This document shows positions 27,455 to 37,445 of a stretch of DNA of 64,000 bases, piece after piece. Position 1 is the first letter of the stretch. Each line of letters opens with the position of its first letter. The notes under the pieces were generated by a model that was not told the DNA's origin, did not search any database, and saw only the letters and a list, made by a program, of their open reading frames with translations. The stretch spans positions 34,955 through 98,954 of the forward strand of contig CANJYB010000017.1 of assembly GCA_947479085.1 (NCBI GenBank), in the 5' to 3' direction. The translations under genes were made by a program, and so were the position numbers. Origin of the DNA: Bacteroidota bacterium. Lineage in GTDB: Bacteria > Bacteroidota > Bacteroidia > 2-12-FULL-35-15.

Positions 27455-28357
27455 TTAGAATAGTATACCTACAGTTAATACTACACCATTTGCCTTAATA
27501 GCCTGTGGCATCTTACTAATTGTGTAATCAGTCATATTCGTTTGAGAATAATTTGGCCCGTTTGTCTTCTTTTCCAATGTTGGAGACTCACTTTTAGTAA
27601 TAGAAGTAAACCCTAAGTTATAGTGCACTCCTATAAGTAAAGAAGTACTTCCTGAAAGGTTCATTTCACAACCAGCACCCAAATGAAGAGAACCCATGTA
27701 CACATTCATTTCCTTAGTGGCCGAAACATTAGATCTGGTAGAAGAAGCTCCCCCTGTTAGATTATCTAACGTAGGAAGTTCAATCACTTTATCTGTTGCT
27801 TTCGCTTTCCAACGGATATTATTATTTATTCCTACCTGTCCGAAATAAGTCATCATTCCTATTTCCTTGGTTTTTAATTTTATTCCAAAAGGGATATTTA
27901 TATAAGTAGCTTTATACTCTCTTTCGTTCAATTGAAATTTATAGTGTGTCTGGTCGTAATATTTAGCATCATTATAATTCGTGGCTTCGTCAGGTCGGGT
28001 AAGATAATCGTCCACCCCATCATCTGATTTGGAGGCATAGTAACTAACAGTATTAGTATTAGCAGCAGCTGAACCACCATTAGCATACTTCACTTTACCT
28101 CCCATGGTGTTTATTTCAATACCTGTAACAATAGATGCAACCTTTGCAAGGCGGAATTCAATACTCAAGCCTCCGCCAAATTTCACAACAGCTCCATTAG
28201 CTGATATAATTTTGCCGTCATCTGGCTTCAGCCAGTTTACAGCAGGGGTTACTATTAAGCCAAAACGGACGTTCTTAATTTCCTTTTCCGAATTATCCTG
28301 AGCAATAGCCATACTGCCGGTTAATGCAATTGTTGTTAATAATAAAATCTTCTTCAT
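27455..28357 (-). CDS. Outer-membrane beta-barrel protein (PorT-like family)
   Basis: Signal peptide, YINIPFGIK strand, C-terminal Phe. Confidence 0.75.
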   Translation of the reverse strand: MKKILLLTTIALTGSMAIAQDNSEKEIKNVRFGLIVTPAVNWLKPDDGKIISANGAVVKFGGGLSIEFRLAKVASIVTGIEINTMGGKVKYANGGSAAANTNTVSYYASKSDDGVDDYLTRPDEATNYNDAKYYDQTHYKFQLNEREYKATYINIPFGIKLKTKEIGMMTYFGQVGINNNIRWKAKATDKVIELPTLDNLTGGASSTRSNVSATKEMNVYMGSLHLGAGCEMNLSGSTSLLIGVHYNLGFTSITKSESPTLEKKTNGPNYSQTNMTDYTISKMPQAIKANGVVLTVGILF

Positions 28358-28438
28358 ATTTTTTCTAATTTTGGATTTTTATAAATTGTCTTATAACCAT
28401 TAGTTATACGATACAAAACTAAGGATAATTTTTATTAT

Positions 28439-29449
28439 ATGAAGAAATCTATAGCATACATTATTATAATGGTAGTGTTGATATCCTGCACTCACGAAAG
28501 CTTAAAAGTGGATGTTTCTGAAGTAACGGTTCCCGAGATGACCATCAACAGGCTGGAACAGGATGTTTTTAATATGGACACCCTCCATCCTGATGTGGCT
28601 GTTCAGCAATTGAAAAAGAAATACGGTAACTTTTTTAACTCTTACCTTGCAGGGGTATTAAATAATGGAGGAATGCACGATTCTTCAAAAGCCAATAAAC
28701 TAAAACTCTTTATAAGCGACCGCGATATGCGTGAAGCATACAGCGATTGTCAGAAAGCATACTCCGACATCAATGATTTAAAAGAAGAATTCACCCAATC
28801 CTTTAAGTATTACAGGCACTATTTTCCGGCCAAACCATTGCCCAAAGTAATTACCATGATGTCGGGATTTAATTATTCCATTGTTACTTTAGACAGCACC
28901 ATTGCTATCGGTCTTGAAATGTACCTTGGCAGCACCAACAAATTTTACCCCATGCTTGGTCTGCCTCATTACAAAACAAATTTTATGACCCGCGAAAGTA
29001 TTTTACCCGATGCTATGCGTGGCTGGATGATGAATGAGTTTCCATACATGATGGACAAAGGCGATTTTCTTTCCGAAATAATTTACATGGGAAAAATAAT
29101 GTACCTCACCGATGCCCTTACCCCCGACCTTGCCGACACCTTAAAAACACAATACACACAAAAACAAACAGCCTATTGTACCAAGAATGAATTTAATATG
29201 TGGAGTTATTTTATTGCCCAGAAATTATTATACACCACCGACCATGCCGAAATAATGAAGTTTACTTCTGATGGACCTTTCACTTCCGCTTTCAGCAAAG
29301 AAGCACCTCCGCGCGTAGGTTACTGGATAGGAAGACAAATCATCAAACAGTATTTAAAAAACAATCCTGATATTACCATTGAACAAATGATGAAAGAAAA
29401 AGACGGACAAAAAATACTAACTAAAGCAAAATATAAACCGGGGAAATAG
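28439..29449 (+). CDS. gldB: Gliding motility lipoprotein GldB
   Basis: Lipobox LISC; IGLEMYLG, PPRVGYWIGRQI, KYKP; followed by gldC. Confidence 0.88.
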   Translation: MKKSIAYIIIMVVLISCTHESLKVDVSEVTVPEMTINRLEQDVFNMDTLHPDVAVQQLKKKYGNFFNSYLAGVLNNGGMHDSSKANKLKLFISDRDMREAYSDCQKAYSDINDLKEEFTQSFKYYRHYFPAKPLPKVITMMSGFNYSIVTLDSTIAIGLEMYLGSTNKFYPMLGLPHYKTNFMTRESILPDAMRGWMMNEFPYMMDKGDFLSEIIYMGKIMYLTDALTPDLADTLKTQYTQKQTAYCTKNEFNMWSYFIAQKLLYTTDHAEIMKFTSDGPFTSAFSKEAPPRVGYWIGRQIIKQYLKNNPDITIEQMMKEKDGQKILTKAKYKPGK

Positions 29450-29451
29450 AA

Positions 29452-29503
29452 ATTAGATATTGGATGTTAGATGTTGGGTGTTAGATATTGGATGTTGGAT
29501 GTT
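29452..29503. repeat. Heptamer repeat (TTRGATR)n
   Basis: TTAGATATTGGATGTTAGATGTTGGGTGTTAGATATTGGATGTTGGATG. Confidence 0.75.
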
Positions 29504-29635
29504 ATGCTATATCTGATAAATTTTCTCTATGTCTGCTTGGCTTTCTGTGTTTAACAAAAAACAATTTAATCCCGCATGGACGGGACTTACAGCAATAAAA
29601 TAATTTAAAAATTAAGCAATAAAACAATTTACAAA

Positions 29636-29968
29636 ATGAAACAATCCGAAATAAAATTTACAGTAACCTTAGACGAAAACAACCTGCCTGAAAAAATAGA
29701 CTGGAGTGCTGATGATGCCAATGAAAAAAGTACCAGCAAAGCCGTAATGATTGCCCTGTGGGATGCCAAGGAAAACAACACTCTTCGCATCGACCTTTGG
29801 ACAAAGGATTTCCTGGTGGATGAAATGAAACAGTTTTATCATCAATGCCTTCTTTCGATGGCCGATACTTTCGAACGTTCGACCGGAGAAACCGAAGCAG
29901 CAAAGGAAATGAGAAGTTTTGCCCAGCACTTTGGCGAGAAAATGAATTTGATTGAAAAGAAGGGATAA
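29636..29968 (+). CDS. gldC: Gliding motility protein GldC
   Basis: LDENNLPEKI.W..TLRIDLWTKD..DEMKQF. Confidence 0.92.
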   Translation: MKQSEIKFTVTLDENNLPEKIDWSADDANEKSTSKAVMIALWDAKENNTLRIDLWTKDFLVDEMKQFYHQCLLSMADTFERSTGETEAAKEMRSFAQHFGEKMNLIEKKG

Positions 29969-30252
29969 CCTTTAAGTCCTCCCTCCGAAGCCGCTACTTC
30001 AGGAGAAAATATAACCTGTATTCATTTGTTTGCTCTTGAAAAGACCAACAAAGGCTCCAATGGATGACGAATTCAGTTGTGGTTTGAGGCTGTATATTGA
30101 AGGGAGCGTGTTAAGGTTTTGAATTGTTTGATTTATGTCATTTTGACATATTCAGGAAGGTTTAGCGGGGGTGTTTTGGCGATATTGTTGGCTTTAGTGA
30201 GTTGAATTATAGTGCTTTAATCAACATGGAAGGGGTGTATGACAACATTGTA

Positions 30253-30510
30253 ATAACTATACTTCACATTGCAATAACTATACTCCACAAAGCGATAACT
30301 ATACTTCACATTGCAATAACTATACTCTACATTGCAATAACTATACTCTACAAAGCGATAACTATACTTCACATTGCGATAACTATACTCTACAAAGCGA
30401 TAACTATACTTCACAAAGGGATAACTATACTCCACAAGGCGATAACTATACTCCACATTGGAATAATTATACTTCACAAGGGGATAACTATACTTTACAT
30501 TTGGATAACT
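30253..30510. repeat. Tandem repeat, 21-bp unit, 12 copies
   Basis: ATAACTATACT-(TC/CC/CT/TT)-ACA-(TTGCA/AAGCG/AAGGG...) every 21 bp from 30253 to 30484. Confidence 0.95.
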
Positions 30511-30623
30511 AAACCTGAAAAAGAGAGAATACTACTCCACTTTGGGATACTTCTGCTTTGGGAAGAGGGAAATCAGAAACCTGAATTTGAAAGGGAAAGT
30601 TTACTGAAGGTAAGACTTCACAC

Positions 30624-30660
30624 GAAGCCCCTCTCCTTGCGGGAAGGAGAGGGGAGCTTT
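30624..30660. repeat. GC-rich hairpin (REP family B / terminator)
   Basis: AAGCCCCTCTCCTT-GCGGG-AAGGAGAGGGGAGCTT. Confidence 0.65.
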
Positions 30661-30699
30661 TGTGTGAATCAGGTATTTAAAAAAAATAAAGGATTATGA

Positions 30700-31452
30700 T
30701 TATGCGTTGTATTTACGCATGGTGAATTGCACTTTGCGAACTTGTTTGAATTGCGGACTGGAGGCGTTAAAAATGGATAATACATATTTTTTAACTGCCT
30801 GTGCTATTGGAACAAGGCCGGTGTTAGGAAAATAAAGTGCTTTATTTCTTGCGATACGTGCATTGGATAGAGCTGTTGCGGCATCTATACATGCTGTGTT
30901 TTTGGATGTGAGGTCGGAAACCACTGTGTTAAGCGTTGTGATTTTGATAGGTGTTTCGTTTGGCGTATAAGTGGATTCGGAAGCTACGAGGGCTATTAGT
31001 TTCTGGAAGTTGTCTAATTTGGAATCGTAGCTTTGTTGTGATACGGAAATTTGTGTGCCTGTTGGCAATGGTGCTCCCGGAACGGGCGGGGGTGCTGGTG
31101 CAAGGGTTTTTCCTTTGCGCTGACCCTGGATTTTACGGTTGATGGTTTTTGCGTCTTTGATGAGTTGAGCGGATGCATCTGTTGCCTGCAGGGCGTTTAT
31201 GATTTGAGTTGCTGTTCTTCTGATAGGCTCGAAAGCGATTTCGCGTGCGTTTGTGGCAGAGATGAAAGTTGTTCCTGTGCTAATTACGTCTGTGATTGTA
31301 GTTTCGGCAGCTGTGTATTGGGCGTTGAGTCCAACTAATTTAAGTGCTGCTTTTGCGGGATTGTACTGCGAGCCGTAGCCTGTGCAATAAGAGATTAATG
31401 ATTGGAAGTGTGCTACATTGATAGCATGTCCGGTTTCTGATGTTGATGCCAT
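30700..31452 (-). CDS. Hypothetical helical protein (MASTSETGH-type N-terminus)
   Basis: 250-aa Ala/Thr-rich ORF; SETGH, YNP, SQQSYD, Y.PNE motifs recalled from a Bacteroidota hypothetical family; no signal peptide. Confidence 0.8.
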   Translation of the reverse strand: MASTSETGHAINVAHFQSLISYCTGYGSQYNPAKAALKLVGLNAQYTAAETTITDVISTGTTFISATNAREIAFEPIRRTATQIINALQATDASAQLIKDAKTINRKIQGQRKGKTLAPAPPPVPGAPLPTGTQISVSQQSYDSKLDNFQKLIALVASESTYTPNETPIKITTLNTVVSDLTSKNTACIDAATALSNARIARNKALYFPNTGLVPIAQAVKKYVLSIFNASSPQFKQVRKVQFTMRKYNA

Positions 31453-31551
31453 TTTGTTTAAGATTTAAATTGTTATTACTATTAATTGATTTAAGAGATT
31501 CCGATATTTGGTTTTAACTTATAAAAGAACCCCCTTTATATATATAAGAGC

Positions 31552-32148
31552 CTAAACCTTAAAAATCCGTCTGTTTTTTTGAAAAATATTTTCTCCCATC
31601 ATCTTTTGTAATTTTTTTAATATTTTGGAACCTTGCCCGGAAGCACTGTTTTCGCCTATGTCCATGAGCTCTCCAATCTTTTTCCAGCTTAATTTATCCC
31701 AAAAACGATATTTTAAGAGTTCTACATTTTCAGGTGGAAGTTTTTCCAAAAGCTGGGTTATTATCGTTGTGTCGAGTTCTTCGGTTTTTTCCTGATCGGG
31801 TATTGCCATCATTTGTTTTACGAGTTTTTTTGAATCTGATGTGTTCAATTTTCGTTTGCGCTTGAGCTGCAATAAATAATGTTTGGTTGTGACGAACAAC
31901 CAACCTTCGAAAACCTGGCGCTCGATGTATTTGCCGGAATTTATATCGTTGAAGATTGTTATTATTATCTCCTGTGTGGCGTCCTCTGCATCTTCGAAAG
32001 AATCCAAAAAATCCAAACAAAGGGAAAATATTGTATCGTGATGAAATTTAATTAATGATGGGAAGGCTTGTGCATCCCCGTTCTTGTGTTTTTCGATGAG
32101 TTCGGAATCTCTGAGATTCGCGGCTGCTCTTTTTTGGTCTATTGTCAT
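31552..32148 (-). CDS. ECF-type sigma-70 factor (divergent)
   Basis: Region 2 DAEDATQEI..F, FEGWLF; region 4 LEKLPP..LLKYRFWDKLSWKKIGELM. Confidence 0.85.
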   Translation of the reverse strand: MTIDQKRAAANLRDSELIEKHKNGDAQAFPSLIKFHHDTIFSLCLDFLDSFEDAEDATQEIIITIFNDINSGKYIERQVFEGWLFVTTKHYLLQLKRKRKLNTSDSKKLVKQMMAIPDQEKTEELDTTIITQLLEKLPPENVELLKYRFWDKLSWKKIGELMDIGENSASGQGSKILKKLQKMMGENIFQKNRRIFKV

Positions 32149-32154
32149 GGTGGT

Positions 32155-32287
32155 ACGAATTGTTTTTGGTACGGATAACGAATAAGAAACGAATTTGCGA
32201 ATGTCGTGTTGGTTCGGATAACGAATTGAAACGAATTTGCGAATGTCGCGTTGGTTCGGATAACGAATTGAAACGAATTTGCGAATG
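32155..32287. repeat. Tandem repeat, 42/43-bp unit, about 3 copies
   Basis: CGGATAACGAAT at 32172, 32215, 32257; directly upstream of the sigma factor start. Confidence 0.9.
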
Positions 32288-32740
32288 GCCTCACTCCCGA
32301 ATAACTCGGGATTTTCAACCCCGGCCCCACCCCTTGAAATAAGGGGAGGGGTGCCAAGGTGTGACGGTGTTTCTTATTGGTTTTTAGTTATTGGTTTTTA
32401 ATTATTAGTTGCGGGTGCGGAAAGAGGTTAATAAAACCTCGTTTGCGCGGAGCCGCAATAAAGATTACTTAATTGAAATTTTATTAAAAGGTTAATAAAC
32501 TGATTGAAAACTGCGGGTAAGCGTACTTTTTTTAATGGTTAGATTGGGTGGAGTGACCGCGGGAACAGAGGAATAAAGATTGCTTTGTTTGACGGTTATA
32601 TTAATGGCTGTAAAGTTTATTCATGCAGTTGGATTTGAAGTTATGGTTTATTATACGGGGGATTTTGGGTTGGGTTACGTTTTTGGGGAAGTTTTTTTTG
32701 GGGGAGGACATTAAATCTTGAAAAATGGGTAAAATTGCGT

Positions 32741-32777
32741 CTACTGAAATTCAGTAAAGTGCTACTGAAATTCAGTA
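32741..32777. promoter_or_regulatory. Tandem palindromic operator-like sites spaced 21 bp
   Basis: CTACTGAAATTCAGTA at 32741 and 32762 (TACTGAA-A-TTCAGTA palindrome). Confidence 0.6.
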
Positions 32778-33044
32778 CGGTTTTTAGGGGTGAATCTCTG
32801 GAAAGGGTTGAAAACATTGAAATTGGTTTTTACGGGAAAAACACTGCATATTAAAGTGATGATTATTTTGTTTTACTTTGTGTTATAGTTGTTATTGAAG
32901 CTTTAAAAATTAATACACTAAATTAACTTTAATTATTCACCATGTGTAGCTATAATTACATAAATGTTTTCCCACCCGTCTGTAATGTTTTTGCTTTATA
33001 AGTAAATAGATAAATTCATTAATAAACAAAAATTCAAAAAATAC

Positions 33045-36000
33045 ATGAAAAAACAAATATCAAAAACAAAATGCAGAATGTTAGAGTTCGCTTTTGCAAG
33101 TAAAAAAATAGTTTTGGCAATGATACTGATAGGAATGGTAACGGCAAGTAGTTTTGCCAGAAACGGGTTAACCTGCGATAGTGCAAAAATATTTCCTGCT
33201 CCAAATTCAATAATAGATAGTAATGTTGTTTCGGGAACAGAAATGTGGTTCAGTTTTGTTGCGGATTCTACTCATAAAAGAATTTTGATGATAAAAGATC
33301 CGGCTGCTACCGGTCACATTCATCGAATGGAGGTATATTCAGGTACTTGCAGTTCGCCAACTTTAATAGATAGCATTAGTATAACCCTAACAAATGACAG
33401 CCTTTTAATATTGAATGAAACTTCTTTAACTGTTTCAAATACTTACCATATTAAAGTTGTAAGGGGTATTAGTACCTGTAGCGGATGCACAGGTGGAACT
33501 GCAAAGTTTAAAATGCAGATAATGCAACCAATATCTTTTGGTATGACATGCGGGGCAGCATCTTGCGTTGAGCAATTGGCTAATCCCGGGCAATCAACAC
33601 CTACATGGCCTCATGCCTTATTTGATTGTGGCGATGTACTTACAACTTGTATTAACACTGATTTAACTTTTTGTCACGATGTACATAATCCTAATTGGAC
33701 TTATCCGAATATGACAACTGGAGACCAATATTTCGAATGGGCTGCTCCCGGTGCTTCAACTTATACCACACCAACCCTTGGTATATCTACTCCTTATCCG
33801 GGAGGCAGTATAACGGATTTTTCATACGATTGTTACACGTTTCAGTGGTCAAGTCCTGGGATATACCCTGTATATTTAAGTTATTTTGATTTAACAGACC
33901 CTGTTAATCCTTTACAAATAACCATTGAAATGCATGTAATTGTTGAAGAGATTGTTCCTTCATTACCAATTAGCCCAAATCCGGTATGTGTAAATGAACC
34001 AGTAACGTTTACTAATGGGGCTACTAGTTTGCCTTCTGGTAATCCAATCAGTGGTTTTTTTGTAACCCTTGATTATGGGGATGGAAGTTCACTTCAACCA
34101 TTTATTGCCTCGCCAACTTTAACTCATACTTATACAACTCCAGGAACTTATACTGTAACCATGACAATAAATGATTATGTATGTTCCAATACCAGTACTT
34201 ATACAGTAGTTGTAACTGATATTACAGCTGATTTTACAGCTACTGAAGCCTGTGAGGGCACTCCTACCACCTTTACAGATTACTCCACCTGTTTGGGAGC
34301 AGGAACAATTACTTATTTATGGGATTTTGGAGATGGTTCCACCTCTACTTTACAAAACCCAACTTATACCTATGCTTCGGCAGGAACTTATACTGTAACG
34401 TTTACTGTTACAAATGTGACCACCGGAGGCACCTCTACCATCTCTTATAATGTAACTGTTGCCCCTCCACCTTTCATTTTTGTTTTGGGTGCTACAAATG
34501 CCTGCGATGTAACAGCCTCCTATAGTGTTATTCAGGTTGGGGTTTCGTTACCGGTTTCTTCTTATTCATGGACCGCAGATAACGGTGCAGCCAATCCGAC
34601 AGGAACAGGTGCTACATTTACTCCTGCTTTTACGGGAAGTGGAGGGACTGTAACCTGTACTATTACTACCGAAAATGGCTGTACTGCAACAGCTTCATTT
34701 TATGTTGGAAGTTGTTGCCGTGCTCCTCAAGGCTCAACCGAACATACTTTTTATGGTGGTAATGTTAACACAGATATGATTGCAAATATAGGGCCTCCAT
34801 TCATTACTGGTGCAGGAGGAGTAATAACCAACCAAACATTTTATATCAATGGTTCATTTACTGTTGATCATAATTTAACCCTGGTAGGATGTACCGTTTT
34901 GCTTGGTTATAATGCTGCCCTCAATTTAAAGCCTGGAGTTACATTAAAGATTACTGCAAGTTCTATAAACCAATCTCACTTATATGCCTGTGAAGAAATG
35001 TGGCAGGGAATAAATGTGTATGATGCAACATCGCATGTTATTATTAATGAAAAATCGACCATAGAAGATGCTGAAGTGGCTGTGTTTTCAGCACTTAATG
35101 GAGATATTAAAACGGATGGTATTAATGCTTCCAGCACCGTTATTTTCAATAAAAATTACCAAGGTATTGTAATAAATAACTGCACAGGTACATTTCAGGG
35201 ACATGTAAGGGCAACTACATTTGAATGTAATAACGGGGTGATTGCGGGGGGAAACCCAACAAATACAGGAAACACATTATTGCATTATCCTCATGCCGGG
35301 GAACGTTCTTATTCTGGAATTGAGATTGCCAGAGTGGACGACATTAAAATAGGGGATGAAACTTCTGCAAATTTTACCAATACTTTTGATTACATGGATT
35401 ATGGTATCAGAACTATGTATAGTGGTTCGGCAGGAAGTCCGGTGGGGAGTGTTACCATATACAATAATAAATTTAAAAACATTTATGACATTGGAGGGTC
35501 CTCAAAACAGGTGGCTGCTATATGGGCTTATAATGATTATTACGGACCTTATGGTAATTTAAAAGTAGGAGCCGACCCTTTGATAGCTTCGCAAACACAA
35601 GCTCCCAATTATTTTGAAGAGTGTAATTATGGGGTGTTTAGCCAATCGTACAGCAGCCGGATAAATTACAATACCTTTAAAAATATAAACTCCAACATAG
35701 AGCATCAGGCTGGTATTTTTTTAGGTCAAAACACTAAAGTTACTAACGAGATAAGCTGGAATAATATGATTAAAATGAGGTATGGAATAGAACTTTTTTT
35801 AATTCAGTACAGCAAAATGGATATACATGATAACACCATTGATGTGGATGCCCAGTTGAACATGCACACATGGGACATGCATAGTTTCGGTATTTGTTCT
35901 TTTTTAAGTTTCTATAACAAATCGGACCTGTTTATCCGTACCAACCACATAACCCTAAGAAATATTGATAATACTAATGGTGCGTATGCGGCCGATGGAA

Positions 36001-37430
36001 TACGTTCTACTATTACCCAGGCAAGCACATTTTATATACTTGGTAACGAGGTGCATTTATACAATGACCATTCTGACCAGACTGTTTTTTCGAATGGTAT
36101 AAGGGTAGATGGCTTTACTAATGGTGGTGTGGTAAATTGTAACCTTATTGACAGGACGGGTACAGGTGTTACCATTCCGGGTAACAATTTAGAATCGAAT
36201 GGTATTTATAATGAAAACTCTACAAATATGCAGTTTTTTAATAATAATACTTCGTTTATGGCAAGCGGTATTAGAGGAACATGGGATTGTCCGGGTTTTC
36301 TAACCGGATGTAATTACCTTGGAAACAGTGGTGATGGAGTAACCTTTAATAATGCTACAAACATACCTAACCAGCATCCAAGCGCAGTAGGGACAGGTAA
36401 TATGTTTGCAGGAACTTCGTATTTAGGGGATATTGCTGGATATGCATATACTATGGGAGGAGGTAGTACTCCGATAGATTGGTATTGGTTTAGTTACAAT
36501 CCGATTACTGGCGCTAATCCAACAAATATAAATATTTTACCAGCTACTTCTGATGGTTGTGCATGGCCTCCGGGTATTGCCGGTTGTTCTATTCCTGAGG
36601 GCGGAGACCATGGTGGAGAAAAAGTAGCTATGAGAGAAATGTTGCTTGGGAAAATAGTAAGAGGAGAAAATAGTTATGATAGCCTGAGCGATGAATTTAT
36701 GTTAAGAGACTCCATATTTGCTTTCCGCCAGTTAAGGATGGCAGATACACTGATGCATTTGCAAACAGATGATGATACACTGTACCAGAATTTTTATGCC
36801 CGATGCAAAGCAAGGAATGTTGGTAAATTTGAAAAGGTGAACGAGTACATTATCGATTCTGTTTTTGGTCATATCGATTCTGCCCAAATTACCAATCAAA
36901 ACATACCTACCCATGGTACCATGCAGGATAACCAAAAACTGGTAAACAGCATTTATTTAAACAAACTGAAGTACGAAAGTGATACCATAAACAAAGGAGT
37001 TCTATATGTATTTGACAGCACCGAAACAGCCGAACTGCAATCTGTAGCTTACCAGCATCCATTGCTTGGGGGAGAATCGGTTTATCTTGCCAGAATATTG
37101 TTATGGATAGAAGTAGTGGACGATAAAACTTTAATTGCAAAAAGTTTAGTACATAAACCTAAGCCAAAAGCTACCAATCCTGATTCTTTCAAGTTGTTTC
37201 CGAATCCAAATAATGGGGAGATGCAATTGAATTATAAATTGCAGGATAATGAAAGCGGTTATGTAATACTTTTAAATATACTTGGCGAAAAGATTAATAC
37301 CTATCCATTTGCTAAAGATTCCAATGTTTTGAATATTACAGAAAAGCATTTGGATAATGGAGTTTATTTTTACCAGGTATTTGTTAATTCACAACGGGTT
37401 TATTCTGATAAATTTATCATAAATAAATAA
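33045..37430 (+). CDS. Large T9SS-sorted protein with PKD domains and a parallel beta-helix region
   Basis: DYGDG/WDFGDGSTSTLQNPTYTY PKD motifs; Asn/Gly/Ile beta-helix repeats; LFPNPN..LDNGVYFY CTD. Confidence 0.88.
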   Translation: MKKQISKTKCRMLEFAFASKKIVLAMILIGMVTASSFARNGLTCDSAKIFPAPNSIIDSNVVSGTEMWFSFVADSTHKRILMIKDPAATGHIHRMEVYSGTCSSPTLIDSISITLTNDSLLILNETSLTVSNTYHIKVVRGISTCSGCTGGTAKFKMQIMQPISFGMTCGAASCVEQLANPGQSTPTWPHALFDCGDVLTTCINTDLTFCHDVHNPNWTYPNMTTGDQYFEWAAPGASTYTTPTLGISTPYPGGSITDFSYDCYTFQWSSPGIYPVYLSYFDLTDPVNPLQITIEMHVIVEEIVPSLPISPNPVCVNEPVTFTNGATSLPSGNPISGFFVTLDYGDGSSLQPFIASPTLTHTYTTPGTYTVTMTINDYVCSNTSTYTVVVTDITADFTATEACEGTPTTFTDYSTCLGAGTITYLWDFGDGSTSTLQNPTYTYASAGTYTVTFTVTNVTTGGTSTISYNVTVAPPPFIFVLGATNACDVTASYSVIQVGVSLPVSSYSWTADNGAANPTGTGATFTPAFTGSGGTVTCTITTENGCTATASFYVGSCCRAPQGSTEHTFYGGNVNTDMIANIGPPFITGAGGVITNQTFYINGSFTVDHNLTLVGCTVLLGYNAALNLKPGVTLKITASSINQSHLYACEEMWQGINVYDATSHVIINEKSTIEDAEVAVFSALNGDIKTDGINASSTVIFNKNYQGIVINNCTGTFQGHVRATTFECNNGVIAGGNPTNTGNTLLHYPHAGERSYSGIEIARVDDIKIGDETSANFTNTFDYMDYGIRTMYSGSAGSPVGSVTIYNNKFKNIYDIGGSSKQVAAIWAYNDYYGPYGNLKVGADPLIASQTQAPNYFEECNYGVFSQSYSSRINYNTFKNINSNIEHQAGIFLGQNTKVTNEISWNNMIKMRYGIELFLIQYSKMDIHDNTIDVDAQLNMHTWDMHSFGICSFLSFYNKSDLFIRTNHITLRNIDNTNGAYAADGIRSTITQASTFYILGNEVHLYNDHSDQTVFSNGIRVDGFTNGGVVNCNLIDRTGTGVTIPGNNLESNGIYNENSTNMQFFNNNTSFMASGIRGTWDCPGFLTGCNYLGNSGDGVTFNNATNIPNQHPSAVGTGNMFAGTSYLGDIAGYAYTMGGGSTPIDWYWFSYNPITGANPTNINILPATSDGCAWPPGIAGCSIPEGGDHGGEKVAMREMLLGKIVRGENSYDSLSDEFMLRDSIFAFRQLRMADTLMHLQTDDDTLYQNFYARCKARNVGKFEKVNEYIIDSVFGHIDSAQITNQNIPTHGTMQDNQKLVNSIYLNKLKYESDTINKGVLYVFDSTETAELQSVAYQHPLLGGESVYLARILLWIEVVDDKTLIAKSLVHKPKPKATNPDSFKLFPNPNNGEMQLNYKLQDNESGYVILLNILGEKINTYPFAKDSNVLNITEKHLDNGVYFYQVFVNSQRVYSDKFIINK

Positions 37431-37445
37431 ACTATCTTTGTATTG

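Noticed and set aside
29969..30119. Possible structured ncRNA (6S-like rod) after gldC
   Set aside because: Only the termini pair loosely, and I recognise no family motif; a cmscan against Rfam would be needed.
31552..32148. RNA-guided sigma (dCas12f-sigmaE) system
   Set aside because: No TnpB/Cas12f-like gene (RuvC or zinc-finger motifs) is adjacent.
32142..32357. Short ORFs over the repeat upstream of the sigma gene
   Set aside because: They are translations of the repeat and overlap the sigma start and a REP hairpin.
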